This document shows, one piece after another, positions 46,468 to 46,694 of a stretch of DNA of 46,694 bases. The position numbers and the translations under genes were made by a program. The notes below the pieces were generated by a model. That model had not been told where the DNA came from. It did no database searches and was given only the letters and a program-made list of their open reading frames with translations. The stretch is from a virus (Duplodnaviria > Caudoviricetes). How positions within the stretch are numbered: position 1 is the stretch's first letter; the number at the start of each line of letters is the position of its first letter. The stretch spans positions 1 through 46,694 of the IMG/VR virus record IMGVR_UViG_3300037424_000783; one strand, written 5' to 3'.

Positions 46468-46694
46468 GTGGCAAACAACAGAATCTTCTACGCTATTCAG
46501 GGGCTTGGAATAGCGCCTCACGAAGTTGCGGCTTCTGGCGGTGCTCCTTCTGGGTTTAATACTGTACATGGCGTTCAGAGTGTAAGTATAAATACTACAT
46601 TCAATCTGGAACAAGTATTCGAACTCGGTCAATTGGAACTTTATGAAAATATAGAAGGTATTCCTGCAATAGAACTTACGGCACAAAAGGTTCT
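46468..46694 (+). CDS. Major tail tube protein candidate, N-terminal part (runs off window)
   Basis: GGAG SD plus GTG; MANNRIFYAIQG...HGVQSVSINTTFNLEQVFELGQLELYENIEG. Confidence 0.65.
   Translation, partial: MANNRIFYAIQGLGIAPHEVAASGGAPSGFNTVHGVQSVSINTTFNLEQVFELGQLELYENIEGIPAIELTAQKV

Noticed and set aside
45600-46470. Group I intron or intein around the LAGLIDADG gene
   Set aside because: Upstream gene ends normally, downstream gene has its own SD and start, there is no room for an intron core, and no intein termini are seen
1-46694. Stop-codon reassignment (alternative genetic code)
   Set aside because: TerL, portal, MCP and the 1458-aa gene are intact in the standard code; TAG and TGA end genes at tight junctions; the short ORFs have their own SDs

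Overview
This window is part of a large tailed dsDNA phage genome (Caudoviricetes, standard genetic code). It has four zones. (1) 1-8400, more GC-rich and transcribed leftwards: small hypothetical genes (many Zn-ribbon microproteins), four near-consensus sigma70 promoters, a ~1.3 kb ORF-free and heavily base-paired region containing a tRNA-like element, and a ~110 nt structured RNA candidate. From ~5.0 to 8.35 kb there is a dense, strand-biased GTCCNATAA motif field that runs through real genes and stops abruptly at a small palindrome where base composition switches. (2) 8.6-18.8 kb, rightward AT-rich accessory operon: SAM methyltransferase, dCMP deaminase, SMC/Rad50-like ATPase and many small ORFs. 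(3) 18.8-24.1 kb, leftward operon: permuted NlpC/P60, macrodomain, MazG-like, ClpP-like, CYTH-kinase fusion and DNA methyltransferase. (4) 24.2-46.7 kb, late/structural module: sigma-like factor, TerS candidate, ERCC4 nuclease, TerL, portal, protease-scaffold, major capsid, neck and tail genes, HNH and LAGLIDADG endonucleases, with a recurring GTGTATAA promoter-like motif. The best novelty candidates are the motif field plus large structured RNA next to a probable genome end, and a duplicated neck protein carrying a ~1270-aa adhesin-like appendage. All calls come from reading the sequence by eye; no searches were run. Several starts were moved from the ORF track to fit ribosome-binding sites.
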